Positions 8,986 to 18,447 of a stretch of 64,000 bases of DNA are shown here, in pieces. The position numbers and the translations under genes were made by a program. How positions within the stretch are numbered: position 1 is the first letter of the stretch; every line of letters begins with the position of its first letter. Source of the stretch: a virus; the IMG/VR virus record IMGVR_UViG_3300022699_000302, positions 96,001 to 160,000 of that record; one strand, written 5' to 3'. Below the pieces are notes generated by a model that saw only the letters and a list, made by a program, of their open reading frames with translations, did not search any database and was not told the DNA's origin.

Positions 8986-9027
8986 ACTTCTTCCCCCTAT
9001 GATGGAACCAAAAATCACTGCTCATTT

Positions 9028-9036
9028 TCTTAGGCC
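9028..9036 (-). promoter_or_regulatory. GGCCTAAGA promoter-like motif, copy 2
   Basis: At head of the leftward 3.1-9.0 kb block. Confidence 0.65.
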
Positions 9037-9080
9037 ACGAAGTCGGGGGAACTTGGCTGCGTTGGATGCGACCAAGAGGG

Positions 9081-9086
9081 TATACT
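9081..9086 (+). promoter_or_regulatory. -10-like box TATACT, 6 nt before ATG 9093 (possible leaderless mRNA)
   Basis: TATACT-GGGACT-ATG; same geometry at 21290. Confidence 0.45.
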
Positions 9087-9092
9087 GGGACT

Positions 9093-11456
9093 ATGAGCTT
9101 GTTCGACCGGATCAAGCATGCCGCTCAATTTGCCCCCGGACTGCCGGAGAAGGGCAAGTACCGTCAATTTCCCGAGATCAAGAAACCGACAGAGACGCAG
9201 TATGTAGCACAGCTCCATAAAGCAGAGAAAGCTGGTCCTCACTTCGATCTTCGCATTCAGATCCCCGGGACTGACGTCGGTTCGTCCTGGGCTGTACCTA
9301 AGGCGAAACTCCCGAAACCAGGACAGAAGGTCTTAGCAGTTCGACAGGGTGACCACACGGTCGACTACTTTAAATTCAAAGGGAAGATCCGATCGGGCTA
9401 CGGGAAAGGTTCGGTATCGCCGGCTCACCAAGGAAAGACTGAGATCATCGAGTCACGGCCAGATATGGTGCGTTTCGGTGTTTACGACAAGAAGTATCCT
9501 CAAGAGTTCTTGCTTCGCCAAACCAAGGGCAATCAATGGCTTTTGATGAATACGACACCGACTTCTAAAAAGGAGAAGCTGCCCCACTCCAAGCCAAAGT
9601 ATCGAGAGAAGAAGATTGATCAGCTCAACCCTGAATCATCGGACATCTGGCAGGCCAAGATCGACGGGGCCCATGCCTATATGGTTCTGGATAAAGGGAA
9701 ACGTCCCCGTATCTTTTCATATCGACGAGGGAAGAAAGCTCCTGGCGGGTTGATCGAGCATTCTCAAAAGCTCGTTGATTTGTGGAAAAACGTGCCTGGA
9801 GTGGATAAGCACACAGTTCTTCGAGGAGAGATCTGGGGACGTGCTCGAGGTCAGAGAAACAAGCCGTTATCCGTATCTCAGATCGGCGGGATCTTGAACT
9901 CGTCGACCTGGAAAGCCAGAGATAAGCAGAGAGAGATTGGAAAGCTTCAGTTCAGCCCCTTTGATATCGTAAAACATGAAGGCAGGAGCGTTGAGCGTAA
10001 GCCCTACCGAGAGAAGTATCCGTTGATTCGTCAAATCTCGGAACGCATGAAGCTGCCTCTTCCCGATACCGCTGAAACAGTTAGGGAGAAGAAGCGTCTG
10101 CTCCAGAAGATCGAGAAAGGCCGGCATCCCCAGACCAGAGAAGGAGTAGTGACCTGGGGAGATCGGGCCAGCAAGTACAAGCTCCGTCCCGACTTCGACG
10201 CTAAGATCACCGGTTTCTTCAAAGCGGAACCCGGGAGCAAATACGAAGACAGGGCGGTCGGTGGTTTCTATGTTGAACATAACGGCGCACGCAGTCGTGT
10301 AGGTACAGGTATTAGCGATAAGCTTCGTCGCGAGATGCACAAGGATCCGAATCGATTCAAAGGCATGGTGGCGACAGTGGCGGCGCAGGAGAAACTGCCC
10401 AGTGGAAAATTGAGGGCCCCCAGCTTCGTGAGATTTCATCTCGACAAAAACGATCCCGAGCGTCTGTCCCAAGTAAAGACAGCTCTCCATCCAGCGGCTG
10501 CCGGAGCCCTGGGAGGTGCCGGTCTTGGTGGCGCCATTGGATCGATTTCCGGCCTACTGAGTTCCGACAAGGACGAACCAAAATGGCGTAAAGCCCTTCG
10601 TCATGGAGCTATCGGAGCAGGAGTCGGAGGCGCTGGAGGCGCTCTCGCAGGATCAATGGTTCCGACCTACAAACCGAGATCAGAGATGGAATCGTTGCGG
10701 CACCTCGCCCAAAAAGGCTCTCCGGAGAAAATGTATACTCCGGAAGAGATCGAGGCGGTAAAGGGCCAGTTCGAAAAACTCAAAAAGATGATGCATCAGG
10801 AAGGCGTGGAAGCCGGTACTTTCCACAAGCGTCTTCCCATCCCGAAGAGTAAGTTGACCGAAAGGGATCTGACTGAAATTCTGGGATTCGAGCCGGTTCG
10901 GGTTGCTATTCCTGAATCTGGTCAGGACGTATTTACCTCGTATCGCCATCCCGAGCATACCTATCATGTCCACTCGCATCCGGGGCGGTGGTTGATGCAC
11001 ATGGATGAACACCCTGCCGCTACCATGATCGCTAAGGGGCGAAAAACTACAGCAGGCAAGGGTAAGGCGTATGCTGAGGGGATGCCTCATGTGTTAGGCG
11101 AAGGTGTTCCTGGAGCCCTTGCGTATATTCGAGGTAAACTCTTGCGAGGAAAAGGATTAGGTCGTCGGGTACTCAAAGAAATAAATCCCAAGGCTCGACG
11201 CACGCTTCGTAATCTGCCTGATTCTCCCTCTTATGTTATGCCTTCAGGACCTGAGCCGTCCGGCGGTTCTGTGATGCCGAAACTCAGTGCTCAACGGTTT
11301 AGCGATCGAAATGTGGTTCGTAAGATCTTATCGAATAAGTATCAAGACGATCCGTGGCGAGCGCAGCGGCCTGCTCGCATTCGTGCACCTAAGAAGAAAC
11401 TCGACAGTGGCCGAGAGAACATGACCAATAAACTCAAGAAACGTCTACTCCAGTAA
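9093..11456 (+). CDS. LigD-type 3'-phosphoesterase + ATP-dependent DNA ligase + Gly-rich and unknown C-terminal modules
   Basis: QLHKAEKAGPHFDLRI...SWAVPK (LigD PE), WQAKIDG (ligase KxDG motif I), EGVV...KYK, OB-fold GTG...LRAPSFVRFHLDK, then GAGLGGAIG repeats; track start 9066. Confidence 0.85.
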   Translation: MSLFDRIKHAAQFAPGLPEKGKYRQFPEIKKPTETQYVAQLHKAEKAGPHFDLRIQIPGTDVGSSWAVPKAKLPKPGQKVLAVRQGDHTVDYFKFKGKIRSGYGKGSVSPAHQGKTEIIESRPDMVRFGVYDKKYPQEFLLRQTKGNQWLLMNTTPTSKKEKLPHSKPKYREKKIDQLNPESSDIWQAKIDGAHAYMVLDKGKRPRIFSYRRGKKAPGGLIEHSQKLVDLWKNVPGVDKHTVLRGEIWGRARGQRNKPLSVSQIGGILNSSTWKARDKQREIGKLQFSPFDIVKHEGRSVERKPYREKYPLIRQISERMKLPLPDTAETVREKKRLLQKIEKGRHPQTREGVVTWGDRASKYKLRPDFDAKITGFFKAEPGSKYEDRAVGGFYVEHNGARSRVGTGISDKLRREMHKDPNRFKGMVATVAAQEKLPSGKLRAPSFVRFHLDKNDPERLSQVKTALHPAAAGALGGAGLGGAIGSISGLLSSDKDEPKWRKALRHGAIGAGVGGAGGALAGSMVPTYKPRSEMESLRHLAQKGSPEKMYTPEEIEAVKGQFEKLKKMMHQEGVEAGTFHKRLPIPKSKLTERDLTEILGFEPVRVAIPESGQDVFTSYRHPEHTYHVHSHPGRWLMHMDEHPAATMIAKGRKTTAGKGKAYAEGMPHVLGEGVPGALAYIRGKLLRGKGLGRRVLKEINPKARRTLRNLPDSPSYVMPSGPEPSGGSVMPKLSAQRFSDRNVVRKILSNKYQDDPWRAQRPARIRAPKKKLDSGRENMTNKLKKRLLQ

Positions 11457-11494
11457 TCACTACACTGACTGGGGGAAAGACTAAGGAGCTCCTG

Positions 11495-12331
11495 ATGGAA
11501 TACCCAGACCTGGAAATGACCAAGGTCGCCGCCGCTTACGCGGTTGAGTCACCGGATAACGTGGGCGATGCTATCGCTCACAGCTCGCTGGTAGCGGGCA
11601 TGCTGATGGGCCTGGCGAACGGCAAGAAAGAGGCGGGACAGCTCTCGCCGGAAGATCAGCGGATCATTGGCCTTGTTGCTTCGGTATGCCAAAAGACAGC
11701 CGAGATGGCTGATCAGCTGAACACAAAGACAGCTTCGATCGATATTGCTGATGCGGTGTCTCTCCTCGAGAACGACTTCTTTATCAGCATGATGTCGGAC
11801 AAAGTCGCCTACGCAAAAGAGGGCAATCTTCGTCTGCTCGATAAGCACTTCGACGCTACTGATCTTGAGTTCTGCGAGAAGGTCGCCGAGAAGTATGCCG
11901 GCCTGTTTGAGAAGCAAGCAAACGACGAAATGGAAGAGATCCAGTACGGCGAAGAGGCTAATGATGACGCAGATGTCGAGAACGGCATGGCGGAATCGTT
12001 AGAAGAAAAGAAGAAAAAGAAGCAACGCCAAGCCCTCGAGAACAACGAGGGTGAGCTCGAAGAGGGTGGAGACATGGATGAGTCCAACGGCGGTGTAGTA
12101 GGCGAAGACGCACTCGCTGAAGCTCTCCGTAGGGTTAATTCAACCACCTATAGTCCTATGGAAGAAGGCATGGACGCCATGGACGGTGAAGAGAACGAGA
12201 TGGCCGAGGTTGCCCGACTTCTCGAAGCTCTCAATTCAGGACAGCTTGGTGGAGCCGACGGGATGTCCAGCTCGGAAGGTATTGGCCCGATGCTGGCGTC
12301 GATGGGACATGCTGGCCGCATGATGCAATAG
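11495..12331 (+). CDS. acidic hypothetical protein with multiple K-x-A motifs (possible head-internal/scaffold protein)
   Basis: AAGGAG RBS; KVA, KTA, KTA, KVA, KVA, KYA, KQA; acidic tail. Confidence 0.6.
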   Translation: MEYPDLEMTKVAAAYAVESPDNVGDAIAHSSLVAGMLMGLANGKKEAGQLSPEDQRIIGLVASVCQKTAEMADQLNTKTASIDIADAVSLLENDFFISMMSDKVAYAKEGNLRLLDKHFDATDLEFCEKVAEKYAGLFEKQANDEMEEIQYGEEANDDADVENGMAESLEEKKKKKQRQALENNEGELEEGGDMDESNGGVVGEDALAEALRRVNSTTYSPMEEGMDAMDGEENEMAEVARLLEALNSGQLGGADGMSSSEGIGPMLASMGHAGRMMQ

Positions 12332-12616
12332 ATGAGAAAACTTGGTGGATCAGACGATATTCTTACGTATCTCCGCAAGGAGGCCCTTATCGGAAGAGGG
12401 GGACCTGGCGGACTAGGCGGAGTTCTTCCGCTGTTCGGCAAGGGTAAGGCCCCGAATCCTCTGAGTAAATCCCCTATGTCCCTGGGAGCTACGGGGACGA
12501 TGTCTTCGGCTCGAGGCGGACTGAAGATGCCTAATATTCCTAAGGCCAAGTCAAAGATGCAGGCCCCGACATCCGCAACGCCGACTGCACCCCAACCTCA
12601 GAACACAGGGGCATAA
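12332..12616 (+). CDS. small Gly/Pro-rich basic protein
   Basis: Begins directly after upstream TAG in the same frame; LRKEA motif. Confidence 0.6.
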   Translation: MRKLGGSDDILTYLRKEALIGRGGPGGLGGVLPLFGKGKAPNPLSKSPMSLGATGTMSSARGGLKMPNIPKAKSKMQAPTSATPTAPQPQNTGA

Positions 12617-13317
12617 TGAATTTTTCAAAGAGTGAGGAGCTCGACCTTTGGAAGAAGTCGAGGGCTGGGGACGCGAAGGCTACCCAAGCCCTTCTTCGCT
12701 CTGTGATGCCTCATGTCCATAAAAGAGTCAGCCGATATCGGGATGTTCCGATCCCCCAGCCTGCGCTTTATGGTGAGGCCACAAAGATGGCATTGTCCAG
12801 CCTGCAGAATTGGGACCCGGCTCGAGGAGCCCGTCTCGGTACTCATGTGGTCACTTCCCTTCAGCGAATGAATAGATTTGTCACACAAAACAAAAACGTA
12901 GCCCGCATCCCCGAGCATCGAGCAGTTAAGATTGGTGGTTTCCTCAACGTACGGAATGCGCTGGAAGCAGAGCTCGGTCGCCCGCCTTCTCCTGAAGAAC
13001 TTGCAGACGAACTGGCATGGCCAGTAAAAGAAGTACGGCATATCGCAGCTTCGATGAGGAAAGACCTGTCGGAGTCGGGTATGCCCGAGGCTGCGCTGCA
13101 GCACCATCGGGACCGTCAGAAAGAGACTTCTCAGTTTATCCGCTACAGTCTTACGCCGCCGGAGCGAAAGGTCTTCGACTCCTACTTCGGAAAAATCGGG
13201 AAGAAGACCGGGAAACCGCCCCCGGTTTCGTCTGTGGCGAAAAAAGTCGGCAAGAGCGAAGACTGGGTATATCGGGTCCGCCGGCGGTTAATCTCTGATA
13301 TCAAGAGGTATACCTAA
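12616..13317 (+). CDS. sigma70-family RNA polymerase sigma factor (regions 2, 3, 4)
   Basis: GDAKATQALL; WDPARGARLGTHV (region 2, cf. FDPxRGxKFSTY); LEAELGRPPSPEELADEL (region 3); LTPPERKVF...VAKKVGKSEDWV (region 4 HTH). Confidence 0.88.
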   Translation: MNFSKSEELDLWKKSRAGDAKATQALLRSVMPHVHKRVSRYRDVPIPQPALYGEATKMALSSLQNWDPARGARLGTHVVTSLQRMNRFVTQNKNVARIPEHRAVKIGGFLNVRNALEAELGRPPSPEELADELAWPVKEVRHIAASMRKDLSESGMPEAALQHHRDRQKETSQFIRYSLTPPERKVFDSYFGKIGKKTGKPPPVSSVAKKVGKSEDWVYRVRRRLISDIKRYT

Positions 13318-13529
13318 TGAGGCCAGAAACAGTTTTCCAACTAGTCAAGCACGGCCTTACCGCATTGAAGGTGCCGAAACCGGTAAGCCCTAAGCGCGTA
13401 TCGTCTGCTGTCCAGGATGTCCCATCGGTAACCGGCAATAAGACTACGGCGACCACTACTAAGTTGCAGACCACCAAGGGCTCACCGAAAAACCCCGGGA
13501 AGATGATCCTTCCTAAGGCGAACAAATAA
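13317..13529 (+). CDS. small basic hypothetical protein
   Basis: TAATG coupling to the sigma gene. Confidence 0.6.
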   Translation: MRPETVFQLVKHGLTALKVPKPVSPKRVSSAVQDVPSVTGNKTTATTTKLQTTKGSPKNPGKMILPKANK

Positions 13530-13542
13530 CCAGGAGAACAAG

Positions 13543-13854
13543 ATGAAAAAGTTGATGATTTTGACGATTGTGATGATTGCAGGCGTTAGCTTCACCGGTT
13601 GTAGCATGTGTCAAATCAACGAGGATTTGGCACAAGATGCTGTGGACACCTCGAAGCAGTCTCAAGCAGATATTGAGCTCGTAACTGGATGGTTAGACCA
13701 GACTCTGGAGGGGGACACCAGCTGGAATGAAGACGAGGACGGCCAGCCGATTTGGGAAGCTGAGCGCGACTCGATAAAGCTTAACTCGAAAGCCAATGTT
13801 GCGGCCTGCGAAGAGCTCCTGGCTAACGCTAAAGCTGCCAACAAAGACGACTAA
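13543..13854 (+). CDS. predicted lipoprotein
   Basis: MKK + hydrophobic core + FTG-C lipobox; AGGAG RBS. Confidence 0.75.
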   Translation: MKKLMILTIVMIAGVSFTGCSMCQINEDLAQDAVDTSKQSQADIELVTGWLDQTLEGDTSWNEDEDGQPIWEAERDSIKLNSKANVAACEELLANAKAANKDD

Positions 13855-13877
13855 TTGGTTGCATCGGATGCAGCCAA
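13855..13877. repeat. 23-bp imperfect palindrome, copy A
   Basis: TTGGTTGCAT-CGG-ATGCAGCCAA; related copies at 24467 and 42580. Confidence 0.8.
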
Positions 13878-13889
13878 CAAGGAGAAGTA

Positions 13890-14528
13890 ATGAGTGATCT
13901 CAAACCATTTGAAGACATCCTTGATAAGATTATCTCGGATGGTGAGGATGAGTTGAAGGACGCGGCCAAGGAAGTTCTTAAAATCGGTCGTGGTGCTTTC
14001 CAGGACTTCCTGAACGACATCAAGGATGACCTGACATCTGAGGATGCTAAGCGGTTGGCCGAACTCTATGCCGAGGCAGAGGCTAAGATTCTTGCCTACA
14101 ACTCGACCTCGGCTCGTCGTGTGATGAAGCGCCTCAATCTGATCTCGCGGACCTTTTACAACATCAATCGTAGTCAGAACGCAAAACGTGCCATCATCTC
14201 ATGGCGCCAAGCTCTCCGCATCCTGACCTCGCTGGTATCACGTCTTGGGTCTATCGGGGCGGAGGCGCTTAGCGGCCTTGCTGGTGAAGCCGTTAAGGCC
14301 GGATCTGATCTTGTCGACGAGGTCGCCGGCGAAGCCGAGAAAGCATTGTCTTCAAAGAAGACAAAAAAGGTCAAAAAGAAAAAGTCCCAGAAGAAAAAGA
14401 AGAAAAAGAAGAAGACCACTAGCACCACTACGAAGAAAATCGTCGAGGACGATGACGGAAAAGACGGTCCTATCACTGATGATCTGGTTATCGAGGACGA
14501 CGAGAGCGGTGACAAGGAGAGTAGCTAA
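13890..14528 (+). CDS. helical protein with poly-Lys and acidic C-terminal tail
   Basis: AAGGAG RBS; KKTKKVKKKKSQKKKKKKKK tract. Confidence 0.7.
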   Translation: MSDLKPFEDILDKIISDGEDELKDAAKEVLKIGRGAFQDFLNDIKDDLTSEDAKRLAELYAEAEAKILAYNSTSARRVMKRLNLISRTFYNINRSQNAKRAIISWRQALRILTSLVSRLGSIGAEALSGLAGEAVKAGSDLVDEVAGEAEKALSSKKTKKVKKKKSQKKKKKKKKTTSTTTKKIVEDDDGKDGPITDDLVIEDDESGDKESS

Positions 14529-14878
14529 TGAGTTCTGAAAAACCATTCTACAAGTCGCTGAAGTTTTGGTACTCAGTTGGTGGTGTGTGCGCTGTTGTGG
14601 TCGGTCACTTCCTTGGACTATCGGTCTATGAATTGATGCTGATCGCCGGTATTGCTGTGTCTTTGGTTGGCGGCCAGGCTTCGTCGGACTTTAAGAAGCA
14701 CGCTACAGCCATCGAGAAAGAGGCTCGTGAGCGTGAGATGGTAATGTCTCTAATCACGAGTCAGACGGGAGATCCTGTTACCATGCAGGACCTGAGTCCT
14801 GAAACTGCGAAGAAGATTCGCGAGTTCGTCGATGAGCTCAAGGGGTTGAATACCGTAATTTCCGATGAGGAGGACTAG
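14528..14878 (+). CDS. holin-like membrane protein
   Basis: KPFYKSLKFW then two TM segments and a charged C-terminus. Confidence 0.5.
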   Translation: MSSEKPFYKSLKFWYSVGGVCAVVVGHFLGLSVYELMLIAGIAVSLVGGQASSDFKKHATAIEKEAREREMVMSLITSQTGDPVTMQDLSPETAKKIREFVDELKGLNTVISDEED

Positions 14879-14880
14879 AC

Positions 14881-15084
14881 ATGGCGTCCGGACGCTTCAG
14901 GCAAAAGAACTTGGCCGAGGTATACGGCTTACCTCCGATGACTCCCATTCCGAAGTGGTTACAGAAAGAGGAGATCGAGAAAGCCGCTGCTCTGATCCGT
15001 GATAATCCTGACATGTCCTTCGACGATGCAATTTGTTATGTTCTGAAGGAACAAGTCGGGAAGGCTAAACGTGTCTCTGCCTAG
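14881..15084 (+). CDS. hypothetical protein
   Basis: 67-aa ORF within the operon. Confidence 0.6.
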   Translation: MASGRFRQKNLAEVYGLPPMTPIPKWLQKEEIEKAAALIRDNPDMSFDDAICYVLKEQVGKAKRVSA

Positions 15085-17017
15085 CACAACAGCCCTACGA
15101 GAAGCACTCAATGCCGTTGTAGACCCCAGTACGGACTGCGACGGCATTGTTGGTCCCGCTTTGCGCGTGGTAGGTATTCTGTTTTCGATGGAAGCGTCAT
15201 CGTCTCGATCACAGAACGAGTTGGCCGAGTTCATTGACGACACTAAATCCTCGATTGAGAATCTTAGTGAGAATCAGGACCTGAGAGAGCAGCTGTTCGG
15301 AGAGTTTGAGAAGCTTAATGCTCTGGACGAGGCGTATTCGAACCAGTCGATCCAATCAATTTTAGGGAGTAGCGACCCGTACTCACAGGCCGGTGTCTCG
15401 CCAGACTCGCTTTTGGTGAATCAGCAGACCGGTGGATTCGGGCTATTCGATCAGTCCTCGCTAATCAACAACCAGTTTTCTGACTTTACGTTGACCGGGT
15501 CACAGATTGATGCCCCCTCTGGGGGTACCGACTGTTCTGATCTCCTGGCCGGATCGTTTGGTAGTCCGACAGCGGCGGAGCTACCTACGACTACACGATC
15601 GTTTCGACGGGCTGCTTCCAGTTTGGCCGGGATCGGCATGTCGATAACCCAGAATCCGGGTCGGTTGCTTAGTTCTTCCATTACCGCAATGTCGACTTTG
15701 TTGACTACGCTGGGGCAGCGAAGAGCGACACTCGAGAACTGCAAAACACAGATATCCAATATTCGTGACCTGCTCGAACAACTCGACAGCAACGACTATG
15801 TAGTTCGAGTGAACCAGGTCATAACAGGAGCCAAGGTATACGTCACACAAGCAATTGAAGCTATTGAGCAGATTGTAGATGAGCTCACAGCGTCTGGAGA
15901 TGTCAATGAAGACCGGAAAGACGAACTGAAAGAGTTTCTTCTCGAGGCTCGCCGAGAACTGGATACTCCGCCTGTCCCCGCTGCAAACAACTTCTTTGTC
16001 TATCAAGCAGTATCTGCTCTTTTGGTGGTCCTGAACCAACTTGTCGAGTACCTGAAAAACCAGAACAATGCTGCAGTGCCGGTTATAACGAATCTAACGG
16101 AATTCCGTGCGTCCCTTGAGTCAAACATTACTGTCTCAAATCATTTCGGGTCGATGTTCTCGATTCTTCGGTGCCGGCTGCAAAAGCTTTCTGCTCAGAT
16201 GACGAGAGTTATTCAGAAGAGCAACCCCGTCATTGCGCATCTCAAGATGCAGGAGTGGAGGATTCTTCTGGAAGTTTATCGCAAGATGGTTGATCTAGCT
16301 GCGAAAGATCCGGCACCCCAGCTGGTTGGAGAATTTACTTCTTCATTCGGGGAGTCCCTTGGCGAATTCGAGGACAGTCTCTCCAGCCTAGCACCTGATT
16401 TTTCAGAAGAAGAGATTGACCAATCTCCCAGCAAGATCCGGGCTTTTATGGACGCGGCTCAGACAAAGCTAAAGACGGATCTGGATCAGTCAGTCATTGA
16501 CGCTTTAGCTGGAGATGCGATCGAGCAGATCGATAAGGACTTGGAAAATAGCACGATTATCGAGAACTTGATGGACGAGTTTATCGACAGTAATCCATCC
16601 CAACAGAAGGCTGCTGAAGCACTTAGTGTCGTTCTCGCATCTTCTGTTGAGCTCTTCCCTCTGTCTGACGCGTTGAGCCAGGGAGACTGGAAACAGTTTT
16701 TCACAGCAGATCCCCAAGACTTGGCGATTGAAGCTGTGACTGCTCGTCTGCTCGAGGCAGCGGCGAATTGTCGATGTGGTAGCCAGACGGATGCTGCAGC
16801 ACAGTCTGTGGCTCGCCGGCTTCGTCGAGAGGCCGATCGCCGCATCCAACAGGACCGGCTGAATCAACTTGATGAGCGGTATGTCTCCTCAACGAGCTCG
16901 GAAGTCACGAGGAGCGCTATACTGGAAATACGGGTGTTGAAGCAGAGATTGAGGTCTTTGCGAGCCCTGTTCCAGTCACCATGTTTTGGTGTGACGGAAC
17001 AAGTAACGCTTTTCTAG
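15071..17017 (+). CDS. large helical hypothetical protein (possibly virion/tail)
   Basis: 648-aa ORF, coiled-coil rich, just upstream of baseplate genes. Confidence 0.6.
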   Translation: MSLPSTTALREALNAVVDPSTDCDGIVGPALRVVGILFSMEASSSRSQNELAEFIDDTKSSIENLSENQDLREQLFGEFEKLNALDEAYSNQSIQSILGSSDPYSQAGVSPDSLLVNQQTGGFGLFDQSSLINNQFSDFTLTGSQIDAPSGGTDCSDLLAGSFGSPTAAELPTTTRSFRRAASSLAGIGMSITQNPGRLLSSSITAMSTLLTTLGQRRATLENCKTQISNIRDLLEQLDSNDYVVRVNQVITGAKVYVTQAIEAIEQIVDELTASGDVNEDRKDELKEFLLEARRELDTPPVPAANNFFVYQAVSALLVVLNQLVEYLKNQNNAAVPVITNLTEFRASLESNITVSNHFGSMFSILRCRLQKLSAQMTRVIQKSNPVIAHLKMQEWRILLEVYRKMVDLAAKDPAPQLVGEFTSSFGESLGEFEDSLSSLAPDFSEEEIDQSPSKIRAFMDAAQTKLKTDLDQSVIDALAGDAIEQIDKDLENSTIIENLMDEFIDSNPSQQKAAEALSVVLASSVELFPLSDALSQGDWKQFFTADPQDLAIEAVTARLLEAAANCRCGSQTDAAAQSVARRLRREADRRIQQDRLNQLDERYVSSTSSEVTRSAILEIRVLKQRLRSLRALFQSPCFGVTEQVTLF

Positions 17018-17024
17018 GTGCGTC

Positions 17025-17471
17025 ATGGCGTTTGACCTGCGCATTGTTAATCCCGCTAAAAGCGGGGACCCGCTGGAAGTTGGTCCCCGGGACGGGATTC
17101 TTTTGCCTCAGTTGATTGCTGATTGTGCGGCGCGTTTGGTAGAGGGAACCGAGAAGCTAGTCCAGCAGATAACACTAGAGATTCTCAATGATCCCCTTCC
17201 CGACGGAACAGGGTCTGGCCTCGCATCCGCCCTAAAAGCCGCACCTCCGGATGAAAGTGAGGCACGTCGTATCGCATCTGCAGGTGTTCGCCGGGTCAAG
17301 TCGAATATCTTAGCTCAGCAGCAAAACCTGCAGAATGGGGTCGATGAATCTGAGTTGTTACTAGATCTGCGTCTTCTCAGCTTTTCTATTAGCAGTAACT
17401 CGTTTGATCTCCGATTGGAGGTGGTGACGGTAGATGGGCGTGTGACGACTGAGATCGTCGAGGTAACGTAA
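17025..17471 (+). CDS. gp25/GPW-like baseplate wedge or sheath-initiator protein
   Basis: Size, EKLVQQITLEIL...GSGL pattern with beta-rich C-terminus, upstream of baseplate J. Confidence 0.55.
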   Translation: MAFDLRIVNPAKSGDPLEVGPRDGILLPQLIADCAARLVEGTEKLVQQITLEILNDPLPDGTGSGLASALKAAPPDESEARRIASAGVRRVKSNILAQQQNLQNGVDESELLLDLRLLSFSISSNSFDLRLEVVTVDGRVTTEIVEVT

Positions 17472-17719
17472 TGAGCTTCATCGATCAAGCAGTTGAGAAG
17501 CTTAGCGAGATACTCGGCGATCGAATCTCAGATCGTGACAACTTTGGTACTGGTGATTTATCTGCGTATGAATCAAAGAGTTATATCGGTATGCTCACTC
17601 CGTCGAGTGGTCCCCGGGAAAAGCTAGAAGAGATGTTGGCTCGTCACAAACGAATGAAGCCTTCAGGTGAGCGTGATCCCGCGACCACTTATGAGAACTT
17701 GAAGGATGAGGAAGAGTAA
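17471..17719 (+). CDS. hypothetical protein
   Basis: TAATG coupling. Confidence 0.65.
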   Translation: MSFIDQAVEKLSEILGDRISDRDNFGTGDLSAYESKSYIGMLTPSSGPREKLEEMLARHKRMKPSGERDPATTYENLKDEEE

Positions 17720-17891
17720 GAGATGGCTGTCACGGGTTCTATGTTTTTTAGGATTCCATGTCTGGCTATACCAGCAATTCAATACGATGAGCTGTGTAGA
17801 ATGCGGAGCTATAGCTAGATTGAACTACTTCGGTGAAATAGTATCTGTCAGGCCGAAGAGAAGAGGTCAGGATGAGCGAGAAGACATCTAG
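17706..17891 (+). CDS. small Cys/His hypothetical protein
   Basis: LCFLGFHVW...CVECG; overlaps neighbours. Confidence 0.45.
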   Translation: MRKSKRWLSRVLCFLGFHVWLYQQFNTMSCVECGAIARLNYFGEIVSVRPKRRGQDEREDI

Positions 17892-18444
17892 GAGTATCCC
17901 TCCTCACGTCGAAAAGATGATCGAGGAGCTTCAGGGAGGCCCGCAGGTTCAGCAGCACAAAGGGCTTCCGATGGGGGCACTGCGTCAGCTCCTGCGTATT
18001 CTCGGAATTCCTCTTGATCAGTTCCTGGACGATAACGGCAAGTCTCCGCATGACGAAGGTGATGAGACCACAATGAGCGATACAGCCCCAGAAGACCCTT
18101 ATTACCCCGTGTCCAGCGGGAATGACGAACAGTATTCAGCCACAGGTATTGATCCTCTTGCCAAGGGAGCGTCTGAGTACAAGCTCGAGCCTAAGAAGCC
18201 GAAAGGTAAGAAAGCGGAACCGGTGGCTCCCAGCAGCCTGTTGAAGAACGCAGACCAAATTCTTTTATCCCATTTCTTCGGCGGCGTTCTCGATGGCTTT
18301 TCGAAACACGGCTGGTACCCTGAAGTGGATCCGAACTTCCTTTTTGACTCTCTGGTCAATCACGCCGATGATGCAGTGGGATGCACGGAGAAAGAGATAC
18401 AGGAAGTCAAAATCGCCTTTGTGAAGAGTTGGAATCAGGAGTAA
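17872..18444 (+). CDS. hypothetical protein
   Basis: 190-aa ORF, GAGG RBS. Confidence 0.65.
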   Translation: MSEKTSRSIPPHVEKMIEELQGGPQVQQHKGLPMGALRQLLRILGIPLDQFLDDNGKSPHDEGDETTMSDTAPEDPYYPVSSGNDEQYSATGIDPLAKGASEYKLEPKKPKGKKAEPVAPSSLLKNADQILLSHFFGGVLDGFSKHGWYPEVDPNFLFDSLVNHADDAVGCTEKEIQEVKIAFVKSWNQE

Positions 18445-18447
18445 TGA

